Below are positions 57,561 to 64,000 of a DNA stretch of 64,000 nt, piece after piece. The stretch lies in assembly GCF_009914755.1 (NCBI RefSeq), contig NC_060947.1. One strand, 5' to 3'. The position numbers and the translations under genes are program-made. The first letter of the stretch is position 1. The number at the start of each line of letters is the position of its first letter. This stretch comes from the human T2T-CHM13v2.0 reference genome, Homo sapiens. The notes below the pieces were generated by a model. That model was not told the DNA's origin, did no database searches, and was given only the letters and a program-made list of their open reading frames with translations.

Positions 57561-58607
57561 AGCTAATATATAGATAAAATTTCCATATACATTATTTTAT
57601 TTAGTCACCTTGCACTGTTGGAAATAACTTACTTTGAGTCCATTACTGAGATATTTTTAATGGTATAAAGCCTTGAAAAATTCCAAGCTAAAGATATTTT
57701 TGTTACATCGTCTGGAGTAGAGCTTCAAGCTTTTATGTCCCATGTGTATATGCACTGTAGTAAATGAAAAGCAATTTTCTAGGAGAATCTTAGCCTGGTC
57801 CACAGTTTTCCCATGTCTCACCTTAAAGCAGAGGTGATATGACTTACTATTCAGGTACGTAGTCTTGTTACGCTTTTTGCAAAAGGAATTCAGATATCGA
57901 CCCTACTCCCAGGCCATTAATCTTCTACAAAAGTATTCCAACATAGAAGGACTGACTGTCGGAAGTTATCAGTGATGGTTAATGTTAGGTGTCAACTTGA
58001 CTGGATTAAGAAATACCTAAAGCATTATTTTTGGTTGTATCTGGGAGGGTGTTTCCAGAGATTAATGTGTGAGTCTAAGTGGACTAAGTGAGGAAGATCC
58101 ACTCTCAGTGTGGGCCAGTACCATCCAATCAGCTAGGGGCCCAAAGAGAACAAAACAGAGAAAAGACAAATGTGTCCATTTATCTGCAGGAGCTAGAATA
58201 CACTCTTTCCCTCCTGTTCTCAGACATCAGAACTCTGGGCTTCATGGCCTTTGGACTCCAGGACTTACACCAGTGGATCTCCAGGTTCTCAGGCCTTCAG
58301 CCTTGAACCAAAGGTTACATTATTAGCTTTCCTGGTTCTGAGACCTTTGGACTTGGATTGAGCCACTCTACCGATTCCCAGGGTCTGCAGCTTGCAGACG
58401 GCCTGTCATGAGACTTCTCAGCCTTCATAATCACGAGCCAATTTTTGTAATAAATTCCCTCATAGCTCTCTCTCTCTCTCTCTCTCTCTTTCTATATATA
58501 TATATTCTATTGGTTCTATATTTCTGGAGAACTCTGACTAATACATCTTGAATCCCTTTTAACAGCATGTACTCTCCCTCAACTTCTGCAACTATTTGGG
58601 GGAGGAT
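57222..58607 (+). repeat. Inverted duplication, left arm (1386 bp)
   Basis: Reverse complement of 60721-62102. Identical ORF translations appear on opposite strands (57311+/61822-, 58069+/60998-, 58088+/61018-). Confidence 0.97.
57971..58545 (+). mobile_element. MLT2 (ERVL) solo LTR within left arm; second copy inverted at ~60783-61353
   Basis: gtgatggttaatgttaggtgtcaacttgactggattaag...ctattggttctatatttctggagaactctgactaataca. Confidence 0.85.
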
Positions 58608-58894
58608 TAATCACAGGCTACTGGAGCCAATTTGTTCACAGGCACTAGAGCAGTAAGTACCTGGGAGTTTATCTCACGTCTACCCACTACTGGACCCACA
58701 GTCTTTAACCAATGACTGATGGGTACAGGAGAATGAAGCCCAGGTCTTTTGTCCCCATCAGTATAAACTCTGAGTTATAATTTAACCCTCAGGGCTCCCT
58801 GCAAAATCAGGCTGAGGCTATGATGTTATCTGTACTTTCACCCTTGCTTGACTTTTCCCCTTCTCTATCCTGCTTCCCTCACTCCCCTGCCAGA

Positions 58895-59095
58895 TTTTTT
58901 TATTTTTTATTTTTAGAGGTCCCACTTTGTTGCCCAGGCTGGAGTGCAGTGATTCAAACATGGCCCACTGCAGCCTCAACCTCCTGGGCTCAAGCACTCC
59001 TTCCACCTGCTGCACTCCAATATAGCCACTATGTTCGGCTATATATATAGTTTTTAATTTTTGTAGAGACAGGGTCTCACCATGTTGTATAGGCT
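58895..59095 (-). mobile_element. AluJ fragment inside an LTR16-like element in the spacer
   Basis: gttgcccaggctggagtgcagtg...gcagcctcaacctcctgggctcaagc. Confidence 0.8.
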
Positions 59096-59349
59096 ATCTT
59101 GCCAGATTTTTATGGGAGCACTTTTTAAATAAAATCACATAAACATGAATCCTCAAATCTAGTCTGCTTCTGGAGAAGACCTTAGATACTCCACCTCTGT
59201 AGCTATTCTGATGTCTTTCTCTAATTAAGGTAAAACACTAGAGAGTGGGATACTTGGATTCCATGGTATACTCCTGCTGAATCAGATTCTATACATTAAT
59301 GAGATCCCTAGGAGATATGTGTGCACATCAACGTTCCAGAAGCACTTTT

Positions 59350-60720
59350 CTGAGAAACAGCCTTACAAACTGGTTCAAGAAAAAGTAAGATATTGGAATA
59401 GACCAGAAACCATGGAATAAATTACAAGACTTGTGGAAGAAGAATTACTGGGTTATTTTCATTTTTATAATATTCGAATGTGATTTAAATAATTCCAAAG
59501 TAGAGAAAATGATGGAAAGTTTCCAATTCATTTCATGAAGTTAGTAAAACCACAGTATGAAAACCTGATAAAAATTAAACACTCAGAGAGAAAAACTCCA
59601 TTATATATAGTGGTGAATATATAGAAATAAAAATTCTAAACATAGCATTGGCAAACTAAGTCCAGAATGAAAATAAAAGAATAACGTACCACAAAAAAGA
59701 GCCTATATATATCAGGAGTGCAAAGGTTATTTAATATTTTTAAATCTACTAACATAATTTATCATATCAAGGAAGAAAAGCCAGAATTTCAATAGAATTA
59801 AATAATTAATCAATGATAAAATAAAATATCCAATAATTATAAATAGAGTTTATGTGGTATACTGGATGAAATAAACTTTCTTAACATGATAAGTGGTGTA
59901 TAAGTGAGGAGTGATAAGGAATAAATAAGGGTGCCTAAAATCACAACTATTCTTTTTCTTTTCTTGTGCATTCTGAACAACACAATAAAACAAGAAAAAA
60001 AAATGAGGTATCAACAGTGAAAAGAGGACAAAATGAACATATTTTCAATTTTTTAAACCTACTTTGAAACTTTAAGGAAATCATCCATGGAATGTTATAA
60101 CTACTTGGAAGTGGCGATAACATAAAGATACAAGCGTCAATAGCTTTCATGTATTTACAACTAAATATTATTTCATACACAAAGTGAACAAAAAAATAAC
60201 ATTTTACAAATGATATTAACAAGAAGTGTTCAATACTGGGCAAAGAAAACTCAAAAACACTAAAAGCAAAAGTTTAAAATAGAGAAAGACAATGTTTCTC
60301 AATAAAAGAAACACATTATTGTTAAAGTATGAATTCTTCTCAGCTTGCTTTACAAATGTAATATGTTGCTAATCTAATCCAATACCAACTGAACATTTTT
60401 GCAGCTTGACAAAATGCTTTTAAAGTTTATCCAAAGGAAGAAATGTGCAAGAAGAACCAAGAAAATTCTAAAAAGACAAATGAGAAAAGATGAAACCAAC
60501 TGTTGAAATGTCTCATAAAGCCGTGATAATTTGAACAATGTGGTACTGGTGCAGGAATAGATAAACAAATCAAAATAACAAAAATATAAAGTCCAGAACA
60601 GACATTTAATTAACAAGAATATTTAAGAATTTAGTGTATGATAGTTATAGCATTTAAAATAATATTTATTATAGAATGTGACTAAATATTTGTGTGAAAA
60701 TTAACCTCATATTCCAAAAT
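59350..60720 (+). mobile_element. Ancient L1M ORF2 fragments (spacer of inverted repeat)
   Basis: A-rich with L1 motifs ttccaattcatttcatgaag, aaaattctaaacatagcattggcaaac, caatgtggtactggtgcaggaatagataaac. Confidence 0.7.
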
Positions 60721-62102
60721 ATCCTCCCCCAAATAGTTGCAGAAGTTGAGGGAGAGTACATGCTGTTAAAAGGGATTCAAGATGTATCAGTCAGAGTTCT
60801 CCAGAAATATAGAACCAATAGAATATATATATATAGAAAGAGAGAGAGAGAGAGAGAGCTATGAGGGAATTTATTACAAAAATTGGCTCGTGATTATGAA
60901 GGCTGAGAAGTCTCATGACAGGCCGTCTGCAAGCTGCAGACCCTGGGAATCGGTAGAGTGGCTCAATCCAAGTCCAAAGGTCTCAGAACCAGGAAAGCTA
61001 ATAATGTAACCTTTGGTTCAAGGCTGAAGGCCTGAGAACCTGGAGATCCACTGGTGTAAGTCCTGGAGTCCAAAGGCCATGAAGCCCAGAGTTCTGATGT
61101 CTGAGAACAGGAGGGAAAGAGTGTATTCTAGCTCCTGCAGATAAATGGACACATTTGTCTTTTCTCTGTTTTGTTCTCTTTGGGCCCCTAGCTGATTGGA
61201 TGGTACTGGCCCACACTGAGAGTGGATCTTCCTCACTTAGTCCACTTAGACTCACACATTAATCTCTGGAAACACCCTCCCAGATACAACCAAAAATAAT
61301 GCTTTAGGTATTTCTTAATCCAGTCAAGTTGACACCTAACATTAACCATCACTGATAACTTCCGACAGTCAGTCCTTCTATGTTGGAATACTTTTGTAGA
61401 AGATTAATGGCCTGGGAGTAGGGTCGATATCTGAATTCCTTTTGCAAAAAGCGTAACAAGACTACGTACCTGAATAGTAAGTCATATCACCTCTGCTTTA
61501 AGGTGAGACATGGGAAAACTGTGGACCAGGCTAAGATTCTCCTAGAAAATTGCTTTTCATTTACTACAGTGCATATACACATGGGACATAAAAGCTTGAA
61601 GCTCTACTCCAGACGATGTAACAAAAATATCTTTAGCTTGGAATTTTTCAAGGCTTTATACCATTAAAAATATCTCAGTAATGGACTCAAAGTAAGTTAT
61701 TTCCAACAGTGCAAGGTGACTAAATAAAATAATGTATATGGAAATTTTATCTATATATTAGCTTGTAACTCTCTCTCTCTCTCTCTCTCTCTCGTTACAT
61801 TCACCCTTGAAAACCCAGCTATCAGTTTGTGAAGAAGCCCATGCTATGGAGGGAGGACATATGTGGGTGTTTCAGCTGACAGTCCCAGCTAGGCCCCAAG
61901 CCAATGGCCAGTATCAGCCTCAGATATGTGAGTGAATGAGTCTTCAGAGGATTCCAGCCTCCAGCCTCTGATCTGCCCCAGCTGAAGCTCCAGGCATTGT
62001 GGTATGGAGACAAACTATTTCTACTATGCCTTGAATTTCTGACCCACCAAATCCATGAGATAATAAATGATTATTGACATTTTGAACCACTAAGTATAGG
62101 GT
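60721..62102 (-). repeat. Inverted duplication, right arm (1382 bp)
   Basis: Matches the left arm from accctatacttag to gggggaggat; spacer is 58608-60720. Confidence 0.97.
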
Positions 62103-62363
62103 CTTCTTACTGCTTCATCTCATGGCAGATGGCAGAAGAGCAAGCAAGCACAAGAGAGTGCAAGAGAGCAAGGGGGGGCCAAACCTTGCTTTTAGAACAA
62201 GCTCACTTTCACAATAACTTACCAATTTCAGCAATAATAATATTAATGTATTAATGAGGGTGAAGCCCTCATGACCTAACCACCTCTTAAAGGTCCCATC
62301 TCCCAACATAGTGGGGATTAAGTTTCCACCACGTGAACTTTAAGGGACACATTCAAACCACAG
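62103..62363. mobile_element. MST-like MaLR LTR, truncated at the duplication breakpoint
   Basis: gccctcatgacctaaccacctcttaaaggtcccatctcccaac...gggacacattcaaaccaca. Confidence 0.75.
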
Positions 62364-62393
62364 AAATCATAAAGAAAAGTACTGGTCTATAAG

Positions 62394-62710
<317 letters not shown>

Positions 62711-63419
62711 CTATTTGACTATGTAAAAAATTTTAAGTTCATATACATTAAAAAATCAATATATAAAAAATCTTAAGCATACTATGCTCTTCTATTGGAA
62801 GAGCACAAACAAAATTGGGAAAATATCATTACTACCTATGAAGCAAAAAATATACATTTAATAAAGAGCTTTCACAAATAAAAAAAAAATTAAATTGAAA
62901 TTAGCAAAGGCCATAAGGAGTAATTCACAAAATTGCAGAGCCAATTATTTTATTTTTAAGAAACTAACTTTTTTAGTAATAAAATGCACACTAAAATAAA
63001 AATGAGGTATATATCACCTTTTGTGTATCAAATTGACAAGAATTAAATAAGACTATGATATACCAAGTGTTGGTAAGTGTGGAAGCAACTGATACCCTCA
63101 AACACAGCTGTCCAGAGGATACATTTCATGACATTATATAAGGAAAAGTTATCTTTCATATCAAAAACTTTCAAATTTGACCCTTGATCTTCTGGGAATT
63201 TGTCCTAAGGAAATAATTATAAATTTTCCCAAAGATGGGTCTATAAATAGGTCCATTACATCATTTCTTATAGTAGCCAACTTTGGAAAAAAAAACTAAA
63301 TATCCAACAACAAAGAATTGGCTCAATAAATAAATGCTTTTATTTTTGTTTCTTTTTTTTAAGTAATCTAAAGAACACTTAAATTTTAGTAGTAATACTA
63401 TTTCTTAATAGATATTAAA

Positions 63420-64000
63420 TTTTTTTATTATACTTTAAGTTCTAGGGTACATGTGCACAATGGGCAGGTTTGTTACATATGTATACATGTGCCATGTTGG
63501 TTTGCTGCACCCATTAACTCATCATTTACATTAGGTATATCTCCTAATGCTATCCCTCCCCCCTCCCCCAACCCCATGACAGGCCCTGGTGTATGATGTT
63601 CCCCTTCCTGTGTCCAAGTGTTCTCATTGTTCAATTCCCACCTATGAGTGAGAACATGCGGTGTTTGGCTTTTTGTCCTTGTGATAGTTTGTTCAGAATG
63701 ATGGTTTCCGGCTTCATCCATGTCCCTACAAAGGACAGGAACTCATCATTTTTTATGGCTGCATAGTATTCCATGGTGTATATGTGCCACATTTTCTTAA
63801 TCCAGTCTATCATTGATGGACATTTGGGTTGGTTCCAAGTCTTTGCTATTGTGAATAGTGCCACAATAAACATATGTGTGCATGTGTCTTTATAGCAGCA
63901 TGATTTATAATCCTTTGGGTATATACCCAGTAATGGGATTGCTGTGTCAAATGGTATTTCTAGTTCTAGATCCTTGAGGAATCACCACACTGTCTTCCAC
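63420..64000 (-). mobile_element. L1PA 3' end, running off the window
   Basis: ttattatactttaagttctagggtacatgtgcac...; ORF 63631 gives the L1 ORF2 C-terminus MFIVALFTIAKTWNQPKCPSM. Confidence 0.95.

Noticed and set aside
58069-61255. Identical 85-aa and 72-aa ORFs on opposite strands, suggesting a duplicated gene
   Set aside because: They are translations of the duplicated MLT2 LTR, not a gene.

Overview
Human X-chromosome genomic DNA containing the complete NDP gene (Norrin, Norrie disease protein) on the minus strand. A human origin is supported by the human Norrin sequence and an AluYb8 insertion. Gene structure: non-coding exon 1 (~41584-41498), exon 2 (27047-26667, ATG at 26840) and exon 3 (18220 to ~16965, TGA at 17995-17993). 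The spliced CDS is 402 nt and encodes the 133-aa cystine-knot ligand. The rest is intronic or intergenic and dominated by Alu, L1, L2, MIR, LTR and DNA-transposon fossils; almost all other ORFs in the track are spurious. I found no convincing new gene or new biological system. The most notable unexplained structures are three inverted duplications: a near-identical 1.38 kb pair upstream of NDP, a fold-back L1-Alu palindrome and a tail-to-tail MLT1 pair. Also notable are two uORFs in exon 2 (one in frame with Norrin), perfect GLI motifs flanking exon 2, a tandem octamer/SOX cluster in intron 1 and a long open +1 frame in the 3' UTR. Repeat subfamily names are from recall of consensus sequences, not from a RepeatMasker run.
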